A stretch of 64,000 bases of DNA from Octopus vulgaris (lineage: Eukaryota): the NCBI GenBank assembly GCA_951406725.2, contig OX597816.1:16120001-16184000 (forward strand), written 5' to 3'. A model generated the notes under the pieces. That model had not been told where the DNA came from, did no database searches, and was given only the letters and a program-made list of their open reading frames with translations. Position 1 is the stretch's first letter. Every line of letters begins with the position of its first letter. Positions 1 to 13,288 of this stretch are shown piece by piece. A program made the translations under genes and the position numbers.

Positions 1-1
1 T

Positions 2-331
2 ATCTCCAACACCTCTGTCTCCTTCCTCGACATTTCGGTTAGCATTCTTCACTCCACTCTTACCACCTCCATTCACTACAAACACACAGGCTCACACTCA
101 TACCTCAACTTCTCTTCCTTCCACCCAGAACACACCAAGCTTTCCATCCCCTATTCCCAATTCCTCCGTCTACGTAGGCTCTGTAGTGACGACCATGACT
201 TTGAGACTCAGTCTCAACGTATGGCTCACCACTTCACCCTACGTGGATACCCCCTCACCACTATCCACACCGCCCTTGCCAGAGCACGGTCCGTGGACCG
301 TGTATCTGCTCTCTCTCCCCGAACCCGCCCT
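2..331 (+). mobile_element. Penelope-like element (Neptune-type) reverse transcriptase C-terminal/thumb fragment
   Basis: Manual translation of frame 2 gives ISNTSVSFLDISV...TTSIHYKHTGSHSYLNFSSFHPEHTKLSIPYSQFLRLRRLCSDDHDF...FTLRGYP, matching the PLE FLD...YK...YL...S.HP...SIPYSQFLRLRR.CS...RGYP signature. It runs off the window start and breaks at ~331. Confidence 0.85.
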
Positions 332-334
332 GGG

Positions 335-850
335 GAGTAAGGTGGCCAGATGTTAGGAGTGATGTGGTCGCAGAAACTATCTGACAGCCACGACTCGGTT
401 CTCCTGCTTTGCCAGACATAGGGTCTTCAAGCAGACACCCTCTTGACCCAGGACAGCTTTAACTCCTCCATGCACTTGATGTAGGTCTCCGTGTTGAGTC
501 TGAGCCCGGGTGGGAAGATGAATAGAGGCATAACGTCTCCATCACTAATGATCACTCCAAACACCATGATGTTAACTGGATATTTGATTTTTATGTATCC
601 GAATCCTCCGCTCTGTCCTCAGATTGACACCTAAACACTCTGAAATGTTCGTATTGGAGCTTCTAGCGCAAACGTCAAGCAGTACAGCATGTTGTTTCCA
701 AATTTCTGGCAAAGTGAATAGCATCGTGGTGCTGTTTTTCTCACAGACGATGCCCAACTGACCCTACTATGCAGTGTAGTCAACAAAATCAAAAACAACG
801 CACGAGTGCGAAATTAATAATATAAAGTGGCGAGAATTTAGCCATTGCAA
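335..850 (-). mobile_element. Degenerate, internally deleted Tc1/mariner (maT/DD37D-like) transposase remnant
   Basis: Minus strand reads KYPVNIMVFGVIISDGDVMPLFIFPPGLRLNTETYIKCMEE...RPYVWQ...WLSDSFCDHITPNIWPP with stops and deletions. ORF 572-757 is HTH-like (NISECLGVNLRT). Confidence 0.75.
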
Positions 851-945
851 GTTATATATATACACACACATACAATCCCTTTTATTGAATAATTCTATAA
901 TTGTCTCTTTACCAAACGTTTATTGCTGGAATTTCTTTTCTTTTT

Positions 946-1183
946 TTTCCTTTTTTTTACTTGTTTCAGTCATTTGACTGCGGCCATGCTGGAGCACCGC
1001 CTTTAGTCGAGCAAATCGACCCCGGGACTTATTCTTTGTAAGCCCAGTACTTATTCTATCGGTCTCTTTTTGCCGAACCGCTAAGTGACGGGGACTTAAA
1101 CACACCAGCATCGGTTGTTAAGCAATGCTAGGGGAACAAACACAGACACACAAACACACACACACATACATACATACATACAC

Positions 1184-1236
<53 letters not shown>

Positions 1237-1398
1237 GACGGGCTTCTTTCAGTTTCCGTCTACCAAATCCACTCACAAGGCATTGGTCGGCCCGAGGCTA
1301 TAGCAGAAGACACTTGCCCACGATGCCATGCAGTGGGACTGAACTTGGAACCATGTGGTTGGTTAGCAAGCTACTTATCACACAGCCACTCCTGCGCC
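946..1398 (-). mobile_element. SINE family B, full-length (tRNA-derived, CORE-like segment, internal (TA)n/(TG)n); probably related to octopus OR2
   Basis: Head ggcgcaggagtggctgtgt..., Pol III B-box-like segment (family consensus ggttcagtccc), CORE-like tgggcaagtgtctt, and tail ...ggccgcagtcaaatgactgaaacaagtaaaa. More than 20 related copies occur in the window. Confidence 0.85.
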
Positions 1399-1440
1399 TG
1401 TAACGTTATGAATATATGAAATAAAACATTAAATCAGTAT

Positions 1441-2227
1441 ACTTTTCTACTCTAGGCACAACGCCGAAAGGATGAAAGGCAAAGTCGACCTCGGTGGAAT
1501 TTGAACTCAGAACGTAATGACAGACGAAACGCAGCTAAGCATTTCCCCCAGCGTCCTAACGTTTCTGCCAGCTCGCCGCCTTACTGTTTTAAATACCTAT
1601 TTCTTTATTACCCACAAGGGGCTAAACAGAGAGGGGAAAAACAAGGACAGACATAGGTATTCAGTCGATTACATCGACCCAGTGCGTAACTGGTACTTAA
1701 TTTATTGACCCCAAAAGGATGAAAGGCAAAGTCGACCTCGGCGGAATTTGAACTCAGAACGTTACGGCAGACGAAATACCGCTAAGCATTTCGTCCGGCG
1801 TGCTAACGTTTCTTGTTTCTTTATTGCCCACAAGGGGCTAGACATAGAGAGGACAAACAAGGACAGACAAACAGATTAAGTCGATTACATTGAGCCCAGT
1901 GCGTAACTGGTACTTATTTAATCGATCCCGAAAGATGAAGGGCAAAGTTGACCTCGGCGGAATTTGAACTCAGAACGTAATGACAGACGAAATACCTACT
2001 TCTTTATTACCCACAAGGGGTAAACATAGAGGGGACAAACAAGGACAGACAAAGGGATTAAGTCGATTATATCGACCCCTGTGCGTAACTGGTACTTAAT
2101 TTATCGACCCCGAAAGGATGAAAGGCAAAGTTGACCTCGGCGGAATTTGAACTCAGAACGTAACGGCAGACGAAATACGGCTACGCATTTCGTCAGACGT
2201 GCTAACGTTTCTACCAGCTCGCCGCCT
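1441..2227 (-). mobile_element. SINE family A composite array (4 units) with 16-bp TSD
   Basis: Repeated ggcggcgagctgg...gagttcaaattccgccgaggtcgactttgcctttcatcctttcgggg units, flanked by aacattaaa(t/c)cagtat at 1425-1440 and 2228-2243. Confidence 0.85.
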
Positions 2228-2666
2228 AACATTAAACCAGTATTATTCCAGGAAAGTGGAAAATATTGATTCTTCAACCCTCTGTATTAATCAATTTGTT
2301 GAATGAATCTTTATTTCACGTCAAACATACTCCTCGTTGAAGATGTTCTTATCACTTCATTAGCATATCAAATTTTAAGCAAAAGACAAATACACGATAA
2401 ACTACAACGGTCACGAAATAAGCTGAATCAAAGCGTAGAAAATAAAACTAAAATAAATAAATAAATAAATGATCATATATAAGATAATAAATATGTCACT
2501 GTGTCTCCAGAATCATTTATCTATTAATAGATAGTGTTTTCCGTAAAGCTATTAGAGTAGGCGGCTGCTCGACTTAGTGTTTATTTTATCATAAATACTA
2601 TACTTATCAGGCAACTTCTGAAAACGAACTGGCATAATGTCTTGCTGAGTTCTGCACGAGAAACAA

Positions 2667-2789
2667 TGAATTTCTGAGTTGTCTGATGAGCTTCGGTGTT
2701 GCATAATGGACGGCATCACATGGATAATGGTATTATGTTTACATCGAAATATAACGGCTTAACGAAACAGTTATAGCAATGGACATTCA
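2667..2789 (+). ncRNA. Degenerate type I hammerhead ribozyme motif (Penelope pLTR-type)
   Basis: CTGATGA 2683-2689; GAAA-CAGTTA-TA 2764-2775; stem I gttgt/gcaat and tgaat/attca; imperfect long stem II. Confidence 0.4.
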
Positions 2790-3360
2790 ATCGTATGTAT
2801 TATTTTATTTTACGCCACACTACATATATACCTTATCCGTCGTTGAATACTTTGTATATTACTGAAATTAGCAGCTTCTTCAAGAACAGTATCTTAACTT
2901 CATCGAAGCCGTCTGCGCTAATAATGGATTACTTCACCTTCCGCTCTGCGTGATTATGTCAAGCCAATTAGTGGAATACTACACGTTGATATGCTTTGAT
3001 ATTTTACCTATATATGTGTGTATGTGTTTGTTTGTTTATTGTGTGTGTGTGTCTATAGTTTATAATTTAGGAGCAAAGCCATGAATTCTGAGGGAGGGGG
3101 TTTAGGTCAATAGTATTAACCCCAGTACTTGACTGCTGTTTTATTGTATCAACCCCGGAGGAATGAAAAGCAAAGTCGACGTCGGTGGCAACGTGAAGAA
3201 CCGGAACAAATAACGCAGAAAATTTTTTATTCGACGATCTAACGAGTCTTCCAGTTCATCGCCTTCGAATTACCATACACTGGTATTAAATCTTGCTAAC
3301 TCAGCGGAATCTGAAACAACATTGTGATGCAATCATATTTCATTATATATATATATAAAA

Positions 3361-3757
3361 CTAGCAGTATCGCCCGGCGTTGCTCGGGTTTGTAAGGGAA
3401 ATAACTATATAAGCATTTTTAGAGAGTTATAGCAAAAAAATAGCAAAAAATGCATTAAAAATGGAAAAAAAATTATGGTAAATTTTTTTTTAAATCGTTG
3501 ACTCATCGTAGACATTTTTAGAGAGTTACTTCCCTTATATAATAGCGAAAAAATGCATTAAAATGGAAAAAAATGATGGTAAATTATTTTTGAAATCGTA
3601 GACTCATCGTAGTCGCACGCTAATACCCAGAAGGGCTCGATATGAATCACGACTATAAGATACCCGCTTTTGGGTACACTGCACCGCAAAATGTGGGAGT
3701 AGTTAGGAATCTAAATCGTGGGAGACAGACACACAACTTGACTTTTATATATAAAGA
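3361..3757 (-). mobile_element. Non-autonomous Helitron
   Basis: On the minus strand: 5'-TCtttatatataaaag ... cccgagcaacgccggg hairpin, gcgatactgCTAG-3', inserted between A and T. Confidence 0.8.
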
Positions 3758-3896
3758 TTAAGTCTTTATATATGGATTCAACTAATCTGGTGGTACTCAT
3801 AAAAAAAGTTCCTTTATGTGTCATTCTACAAGTCATATTGAATATATAACGCGATACAATGGAAAAACTTAAGGAGTGTATACAATTATAAATAGC

Positions 3897-4089
3897 GAGA
3901 GAAATATACTATGATAAAATTTATTTTACCATTGGAAATTCATATATAACGACAACTGAAAGTAATTTATTGTTTAGTAATAAAATATAATAAAATAAAG
4001 TATCTATACATGCTTATTAAGCTGCGAAACAATTGTCGTCAAATAAGAATTTCCAATGGTAAAATAAATTTTATCTGAGTATTTTTCTC
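3897..4089. repeat. Fold-back (inverted repeat) element carrying a hammerhead 3' half
   Basis: Perfect inverted arms 3913-3941 and 4047-4075; GAAA-CAATTG-TC at 4026-4037. Confidence 0.7.
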
Positions 4090-4101
4090 CCATGAGATAT
4101 G

Positions 4102-4172
<71 letters not shown>

Positions 4173-4191
4173 GTGTGTGTGTGTTCTTATA

Positions 4192-4531
4192 CTTGGTCTT
4201 CACTTCAGCTTTATTATTAATTATTATTATTATTATTATTATTATTATTTTAGTTTCTTTGTCAAAGAACTTTCGTCACACATCCTCTGACCTTTTCAAT
4301 TAATCTTTATCCCATGTGTCTCCTCATTTAGTCTTTTGTGGTAAGGTCTAAGTGTGTTTACGTATCTCCTCGTGTTCTGTTTAGTCTAAAATGGACTGAG
4401 CTGAACATGAGGAGACACGTGACATAAAAAGTCTCTGAAGAGGTCACAGGGGTGTGACGATAGAGCTTTGATAAGAAAATCTCAAATAATAATAATAGAG
4501 CTGAAGTGAAGACTAAATAAGGAAGACCAAG
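4192..4531. repeat. Imperfect fold-back element with degenerate hammerhead-like cores in both arms
   Basis: gtcttcacttcagc/gctgaagtgaagac; tcgtcacac/gtgtgacga; catgtgtctcctcat/atgaggagacacgtg; CTGAAGA-ggtcac...gtgac-GAtA at 4435-4462. Confidence 0.6.
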
Positions 4532-4539
4532 AACGACAA

Positions 4540-4569
<30 letters not shown>

Positions 4570-4572
<3 letters not shown>

Positions 4573-4801
4573 TTCTTTATTGCCCACAAGGGGCTAAACA
4601 TAGAGGGGACAAACAAGGACAGACAAAGGGATTAAGTCGATTAGATCGACCCCAGTGCGTAACTGGTACTTTATTTATCGACCCCGAAAGGATGAAATGC
4701 AAAGTTGACCTCGGCAGAATTTGAACTCGGAACGTAACGGCAGACGAAATACCGCTAAATATTTCGCCCGGCGCGCTAACGTTTCTGCCAGCTCACCGCC
4801 T
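4570..4801 (-). mobile_element. SINE family A monomer
   Basis: Complete head-body-tail match to the family consensus. Confidence 0.85.
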
Positions 4802-4935
4802 TCTTTTGGTGGAGCTTAGGTGTTTCGCTCATAAATACACTCATCGCCCGGTCTGAGATTCGAACCCGCGATCCCTCGACAGCGAGTCCGCTACTCTAAC
4901 CACTAGGCCATGTGCCTCCTATACACACACAGACA

Positions 4936-5010
<75 letters not shown>

Positions 5011-5013
<3 letters not shown>

Positions 5014-5370
5014 GCGTGCCTGTGTGGTAAGAAGCTTGCTTCCCAACCACATAATTCCGGGTTCAGTCCCACTGCGTGGCACCTTGGGCGAGTGTCTCCT
5101 ACTATAGCCTCGGGTCGACCAAAGCCTTGTGAGTGGATTTGGTTGACAGAAACTGAAAGAAGCCCGTCGTATATATGTATGGGCGTGTGTATTTGTGTGT
5201 CTGTGTTTATCCCCTCACCATCGCTTGACAACCGATGCTGGTGTGTTAGAGACCGATTAGATAAGTACTAGGCTTACAAAGAATAAGTCCTGGTGTCGAA
5301 TTGTTCGACGAAAGGCGGTGCTCCAGCATGGCCGCAGTCAAATGACTGAAACAAGCAAAAGACTAAGAGT
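5011..5370 (+). mobile_element. SINE family B
   Basis: Head, CORE-like segment and tail as in the other copies; small internal deletion. Confidence 0.8.
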
Positions 5371-5718
5371 AGAGCGAGAGAGAGAGAGAGAGAGAGAGCG
5401 ATTGTATATATTCTAATGCTGTTCTTATTTAAATTCTTCATTAAAAAAGATCATATATCTGAAAAAGATGGTACGCTGCTTCAAATATTATGGAAAAGAA
5501 ACAAATAATGTATTGATTCGACTTTAAATTTCATAGAAATGAACAGTCGTAGCCAAAGAACATAACCCCTGAATATTTTGAAATTTAGAATTTCATAAGT
5601 GCGAAACAAAAACATGAATTATATTCTATTTGAAACTGTCTCTTCCTAGTTATATATGTGGAAATTTTCATGCAGATTCCGTTCCAGTATATATACTGTC
5701 TCTCTTAAAACAAAAGTG

Positions 5719-5767
<49 letters not shown>

Positions 5768-6083
5768 ACGCAACCGATATTAAAAGTCATATCTTCGAAA
5801 GTTAGTGCACGGTTTTAAATATCATAAAAGATAGAATATAATTTATTGTTTAATTCAGTTATTAAACTTTATGAATCGTATTGTTAATTTTCATACGGTC
5901 TTAATAGATTTCAAATCTTATAAAACAATCAAACTGTTTTACAGGTCAGTAAAATACCTGAATTTCTTTAGTAGTATAAAAGAACTGGCAATAAAAAGTT
6001 GGCAGAAAAATAAATAGTCACCTTGGGCAAGTGTCTTCCACTATAGCCTCGGACCGACAGACGGAAACTGAAGAAGCCCGTCG

Positions 6084-6159
<76 letters not shown>

Positions 6160-6484
6160 CTTGTGTGTCTGTATTTACCCCCTCAACAGCACTTGACAAC
6201 CGATGTTGGTGTGTTTATGTCTCTGTAAATTAGCGGTTCCGCAAAAGATACCGATAGAATAAGTACTAGGCTTACAAAGAATATGTCCTGGGATCGATTT
6301 TCTTGACTAAAGGCGGTGCTTCAGCATGGTCACAGTCAAATGACTGAAACAAGTAAAAGAATAAAAGAGTATGTATTGAAAAGCAAAATATAAATTGTTG
6401 AAGCCGGTATGGTAATTTAATAACTTTAAAAAAATTTAATGACTATAATTCGTTTTCCAACTTATGTGGATGTTGAACACCCAA

Positions 6485-6999
<515 letters not shown>

Positions 7000-7129
7000 T
7001 TTCCTTATAGTTCTACACCGGACAATAGACACACGCGCACGCTATGATAAGTGCTTCGACTGAATCTTTTATGTCACTGAGTTTCTTTTCAGTGATTAAT
7101 AATATGATTTACATACATACATTTCTAAT

Positions 7130-7595
7130 ATTCTTTTCTGCTCTAGGTACAAGGCCTGAAATTTTGGGGGTGGGGGCCAGTCGATTAGATCGACCCCTGT
7201 ACACAACTGGTACTTAATTTATCTACCCCGAAAGGATGAAAGGCAAAGTCGACATCGGCGGAATTTGAACTCAGAACTGTAAAGAAAGACGAAATACCTC
7301 TAGGTATTTCGTGTGGCGTGCTAACATACATTTCTAATACTAGCACACAACTACTTTCGTGAGATGGGATATTACAAAGGCGGCGAGCTGGCAGAATCGT
7401 TGGCACGCCAGTCGAAATGCTTAGCGGTATTTCGGCTGTCGTTATGTTCTGGGTTCAAATTTCGCCGAGGTCGACTTGGCCTTTCATCCTTTCGGGGGTC
7501 GATAAATTAAGTATCAGATGCGTACTGAGGTCGATCTAATCGACTGGATTGACTCCTCAAAAATTTCGGGCCTTGTGTCTAGAGTAGAAAAGAAA
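7130..7595. mobile_element. Two divergently oriented SINE A copies (alternative tail gccttgtgcctagagtagaaaag)
   Basis: Copies at 7130-7325 (minus) and 7378-7595 (plus). Confidence 0.75.
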
Positions 7596-7989
7596 AGGGA
7601 TAGGATATTACAGCTAATTAAACAGGCCCCGATACTTGACGCTTTATTTTATTGATCTCAAAGAAATGAAAGGCGGAGCTGAGCTCGTCGAGATATGAGC
7701 TCAGAATGTAACTGAGCATAACTAAATATCATAAGGCATTTCATCTGATGATCTATTAACACTGCCAATCAACAGCTTTTAATAATCCTTTCTATTATAG
7801 GCACAACCCCTCAAACTTTGACGAGTACATCGATCCCAGTGCTCAGCTGGTACTTATTTTATCGACCCTGAAAGGGATGAAAGGTGAAGTCGACCGCGGC
7901 GGAATTCGAATTCAGAACGTAAAGCCGGAAGACATGCTAACAATTCTATGAGCTCACCACCTTCCCATTCATTGATACGATTAAAAAAT

Positions 7990-8306
7990 TTTTTTTTCGC
8001 CCTTTTCAAGCCTAGCCAGGCTCATGGGCCCGGTTTCCCGGTTTCTATGGCGTATGTGTTCTCCCCTCCCAGCTGGACGGGACGCCAGTCCATCGCAGCG
8101 TTACTCAAGAAACAGGAAGAAAGAGTGAGAGAGAGTTGGGGCGAAAGAGTACAACAAGGGTCTCCACTCCCCACCCCCTACCGGAACTTCATGGAGCTTT
8201 TAGGTGTTTTCGCTCAATAAACACACACAACGCCCGGTCTGGGAATCGAAACCGGGATCCTCCGACCGCGAGTCCGCTGCCCTAACCACTGGGCCATTGC
8301 GCCTCC
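7990..8306 (-). mobile_element. SINE family C (tRNA-Arg-like head, possibly octopus OR1-related) with tail type 1
   Basis: Head ggaggcgcaatggcccagtggttagggcagcggactcgcggtc...ggtttcgattccc; tail ...gctgcgatggactggcgtcccgtccag...gcctggctaggcttgaaaagggcg. Confidence 0.8.
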
Positions 8307-9029
8307 ACCACTAATACGATACAGAGGCAAGAAAAAAAATTCTTGCAACAAAACGTAAATACAATAACTTCTTATGTAACATTTAGCAGTATAAGGGTAA
8401 ATATTGCTAAAACATACAAGAGCTGTGTTTCTATAATACACTTGGACTTTACCAAAATACTATATGTCAAACATTAGCTCTATTTATCTGCTATTATCTT
8501 CTAATCCTAATTAAATTGAAAGCCCCATTAAAAAAGTATATACCTTAAGCAAATAATCCGAAATTAACAACTAAGCTGACAGGTTCACCCAGAGAAATTA
8601 AAAATACTGGAACTTTAGAAAGAAAGACACCTGACATGTTCCATATTCTCTTTTGAACTACTTTATGTTTAACTTCCATATTTAACTTATCTTACTCCAA
8701 ATATTTAGTTTCAAGTTTCGGGATTTAGAAATTCGTTACTATATATATTGTACACCCTCGACTAATATAACTTAATTCAAATCTCTGGTCGCATTTGCTT
8801 TTAGCTCACTAACAACCCTTGTTTATCTTACGTATTTTTATCTTATTTTTATTTTGAATGTTTGGTTCTCGTCACGAACTAAAGAAACTATATTAACCAA
8901 TGAAATATCCCCACGAAGGTAATTAGTTCGGATGTAAAACGTGTTGTTTGAGAATTTTACACAACACGAAATGTGTGGAGAAATTATTGAAACATCCTCT
9001 CACTGTCAATCTCATTTAGGGCAGTTCAA

Positions 9030-9590
9030 ATACATACATACATACGTACATATATGCATATATAAGTACATACATATATGCATATATAAGTACATACATA
9101 GATATATGCATATATAAGTGCATACATAGATATATGCATATATAGGTACATACATACATACATACATAGATATATGTATATATAAGTACATACATACATA
9201 GATATATGCATATATAAGTACATACATACATACATAGATATATGCATATATAAATACATACATACATACATAGATATATGCATATATAAGTACATACATA
9301 CATACATACATAGATATATGCATATAAGTACATACATACATATATACATACATACATAGATATATGCATATAAGTACATACATACATACATACATACATA
9401 GATATATGCATATAAGTACATACATTCATGCATACATAATGCATATATACATACATATATACATGCATACATACATACATGCATACATACATGCATACAT
9501 ACGTGCATGCATACATACATTTATACATGCACTATGCATACATGCACGTATGCATACTTGCATACATACAGGCATGTATGCATACATACG
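9030..9590. repeat. (TACA)n-derived minisatellite, ~26-34 bp unit catacatagatatatgcatatataagta
   Basis: About a dozen tandem copies visible, grading into simple (TACA/TGCA)n. Confidence 0.85.
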
Positions 9591-10006
9591 TGTGTGTGTG
9601 TAGAAGCTAGTTTTGCAACCACGTGGTTTTGGGCTCAGGTCCATATTGCGCGGTATCTTGGGAAGTGGTCCTTTCCTATAGCTCCGACCCAACCAATACC
9701 TTGTAAATGAATTTGGTTCGCAAGGAAACTGTGTGGAAGCCCTTCGTATACACACATATATGAGTGTGTTTGTGTGTATCTCTGTGTGTGCCTTTGCCTC
9801 TATGTTTCTTTCCTCACCCCCACCTCACCACTTGACGACCAGTGCTGCTGTGCACACGTCTCTATAACTTAGCGATACGACAAAGGCATCGATAGAATAT
9901 GTACCAAACTTTAAAAGAAATAAGTACTGGAGTTAATTTGATCTATTAAATCTTTTCAAGGCAGTGTTCCAGCATGGCCGCAATCAATCAATACATACAC
10001 ACACAC

Positions 10007-10043
<37 letters not shown>

Positions 10044-10218
10044 TATATATAAATACACACACACACACATACATATATTGATTGTTTTATTTGCTTCAGT
10101 CATTTAACTGCGGCCATGCTGGAGCACCGCCTTTAGTCGAGCAAATCTACCCCAGAACTTATCCTTTGTAAGACTAGTACTTATTCTATCAGTCACTTTT
10201 GCCGAACCACTGCAATAA

Positions 10219-10219
<1 letters not shown>

Positions 10220-10256
<37 letters not shown>

Positions 10257-10910
10257 TACTTTTAGCTTATTTTAGAAGCAAATTGAATTTTGTTTACAGC
10301 TGTTAGTTCAGTGTCAATTTTAACATGGAGTGCAAAAACGAACATATTCGCCATGTTCTGCGTTTCTATTTCCGTTAAGGCTAGAATCAAATATGATTCG
10401 TCTCAAAGAATCAATCTTAAAATAAGAGTCTTGCTTCCACTAGCGAAAGCTATACGTATCTTTCAGAAAGCCCCATACCAATTTAACTTTACGCACCATT
10501 AGCTGTTAGTTTATGCGCAGGCTATGAAGGAAGACTGAATAACTCTCTTTGCTGTTGGAAAAAAATAAAACTCGCAAAGGGGAAATTTCAACGTCTTCCT
10601 TCAATTTCATTACACCATTTATGTGGCTGTTTCTGACAAGAAATTTCGCTTTCATGTAAAGCAACTACATATTGTAGTCATTACCTGTAGCTTTACTTTG
10701 CATCGCTTGCAAACTTATATGTTCTATGATCATTAAAGTGCAACGACCTCCACAATAACCAGCCATCAATTTGATTTTCCGCTCCTAGGTTACTCGGAAA
10801 TATAAACTGCCTTGCTACTCATAAACCTTCTCGGTAGTTCAATTATTTGGTGAAAAAAAAAATACCACCAAAGCAACTTAAACCGTCCAAAGGACGGGTG
10901 CGCTTGCTAG
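10220..10910 (+). mobile_element. Non-autonomous Helitron (5' boundary uncertain)
   Basis: 3' hairpin ccgtcc-aaa-ggacgg (10883-10897) followed by gtgcgcttgCTAG|t. Confidence 0.6.
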
Positions 10911-11391
10911 TATATATTAAAACAAATACTGATTCATTCCCCTAAAACCATTTCGTCCATGTTTCAAAGTGAAATAAATCACAATTTGTTTCAAATTTCG
11001 TGGTTGCTGTTCTCGTCTAAAGTAACGCATTCATGACAAATGATGAACATCAAGATGAACACCTGCGATATATTTGTTACTGGTGTGAACAGTTTGCGAC
11101 CAATAAATCTCATTGAAGATATTCTGGTTTTTGTTGAAAGATTAATTGCATACGCTTCTGTTTTACAATTTTATAATTGTAGGCTTTGTCTATCAAGCAA
11201 TACAAATTATTTGCGGAGAGACTATTCGTGTGAAGTTGGAACAAAACATGGATCCCTGAAATCGATAAAACAAGGCTAAGATTAAAATTGCCTTTCTATG
11301 GATGAAAGAAAGGAAAATGGCCCAAACAAATAATTTTATTCCAGATCGCATATATTTTAGTGCCATTCATATCAAACGAACTTGTGTCCGT

Positions 11392-11989
11392 GCAAACGTT
11401 AGCACGCCGGGCGAAATGCGTAGCCGTATTTCGTCTGCCATTATGTTCTGAGTTCAAATTCCGCCGAGGTCGACTTTGCCTTTCATCCTTTCGGAGTCGA
11501 TTAAATAAGTACCAGTTACGCACTGGAGTCGATATAATTGACTCAATCCGTTTGTCTGTCCTTGTTTGTCCTCTCTGTGTTTAGCCCCTTGTGGGTGGTA
11601 AAGAATAGAAATAGGTATTTCATCTGCCGTTACGTTCTGAGTTCAAATTCCGCCGAGGTCGACTTTGCCTTTCATCCTTTCGGAGTCGATTAAATAAGTA
11701 CCAGTTACGCACTGGAGTCGATATAATTGACTCAATCCGTTTGTCTGTCGTTGTTTGTCCTCTCTGTGTTTAGCCCCTTGTGGGTGGTAAAGAAATAGAA
11801 ATAGGTATTTCATCTGCCGTTACGTTCTGAGTTCAAATTCCACCGAGGTCGACTCTGCCTTTCATCCTTTCGAGGTCGATTAAATAAGTACCAGTTACGC
11901 ACTGGGGTCGATGTAATCGATTTAATCCGTTTGTCTGTCCTTGTTTGTCCCCTCTATGTTTAACCCCTTGTGGGCAATAAAGAAATAGG
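11392..11989 (+). mobile_element. SINE family A trimer
   Basis: Three tandem units joined by gaaata|ggtatttcatctgcc. Confidence 0.85.
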
Positions 11990-12204
11990 AAACTTCCTGT
12001 CGGATTGCTCTTGATATGTCTCACCATTGCGCAGACAGACTGGCTATCAAGAAAAGAAATGAAACTGATGAGGACTTTCGTAGCGTCCGTGCTATTGTCT
12101 GTCTCGACAAGATTTAGCAAAACTTGCAGGGAGATCGATATGAAGTAACGAGACAAAAATATATCATTTCAACAAATCATATGAGAAGAAGAGGAATATT
12201 CTAC

Positions 12205-12587
12205 TTACTCTTTTATTTGTTTTAGTCATTTGACTGTGGCCTTGCTGGAGCACCGTCTTTAGTCGAGCAAATCGACCCCAGGACTTATTCTTTGTAAGCC
12301 TAGTACTTATTCTATTGGTCTCTTTTGCTGAACCGCCAAGTTACGGGGACGTAAACACACCAGCATCTGTTATCAAGTGATGCTGGGGGACAAAGACACA
12401 CAAACACACATATATGTACGTATATACATATATACGACAGGCTTTTTTCAGTTTCCGTCTACCAAATCCACTCACAAGGCCTTGGTCGGCCCAAGGCTTT
12501 AGTAGAAGACACTTGCCCGAGGTGCCACGCAGTGGGACTGAACTCGGAACCATGTGGTTCGTAAGCAAGTTACTTACCACACAGCCT
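12205..12587 (-). mobile_element. SINE family B
   Basis: Match to the family consensus. Confidence 0.85.
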
Positions 12588-13000
12588 GAGCAGAATTTTT
12601 GTCCGTGAACCACAATCGGCAAAATGTGAACACAAAATACCTTCATACAATTTCTTAAAATCACCTGACTGTCTCTTCTATAAAATTCTATAATCTCAAA
12701 TCATTTGTACATTAAAATGAATAACATTATTGTGGGAGTTAATATTGATTCAAAATCTTCCATCCTATATTCATCATCATCAACCACTGGAGATTTCTGG
12801 CTCGAGTCCTAGGACTCATAGAGCCGGTTACCCAGGTTCCATGACGTATAAATGACTGAGATCATAATATTTCTCCTGAAGGAGACGCCACTATGTCACA
12901 GTACCTTATTGTGGGTGAGATAAAAAAAAAATAACTATAGACTTAATCACCCAATAAAGAGTTACAAAGAGAAATGGTTTCAAACACATTTGATTTAAAT

Positions 13001-13288
13001 CAGTAGTTTTCAACCGGAGTCCATATAAGAATTTTTTTGGAGGTGGTGGGGACGCAAGCATCCATCAAAAACTCTTGTTTTAGTTGTATTGTAAGAAAGA
13101 ACTAGGTTTCTTTCTCGAATGTTTTATACAGTTCAACTTGCAAAGTTAATGTGCGAAAAGTAAAATACGAATTTTGAAACAAAGTATCCATAAAACTAGC
13201 TTTTAAAAATCGAATGGCTTTGGAGTATCACCAGGATTAAATAGTAATCAAAGGGGTCCATGAGTAAAAACTGGTTGAAAAAAACTAG
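13001..13288. mobile_element. hAT (Charlie-like) MITE
   Basis: Termini cagtagttttcaacc ... ggttgaaaaaaactag; homologous to the split copy at 15891-17225. Confidence 0.55.

Noticed and set aside
12065-12095. CTGATGA-ggac-loop-gtcc, a hammerhead-like 5' core
   Set aside because: Followed by GTGC instead of GAAA, with no stem III or stem I.
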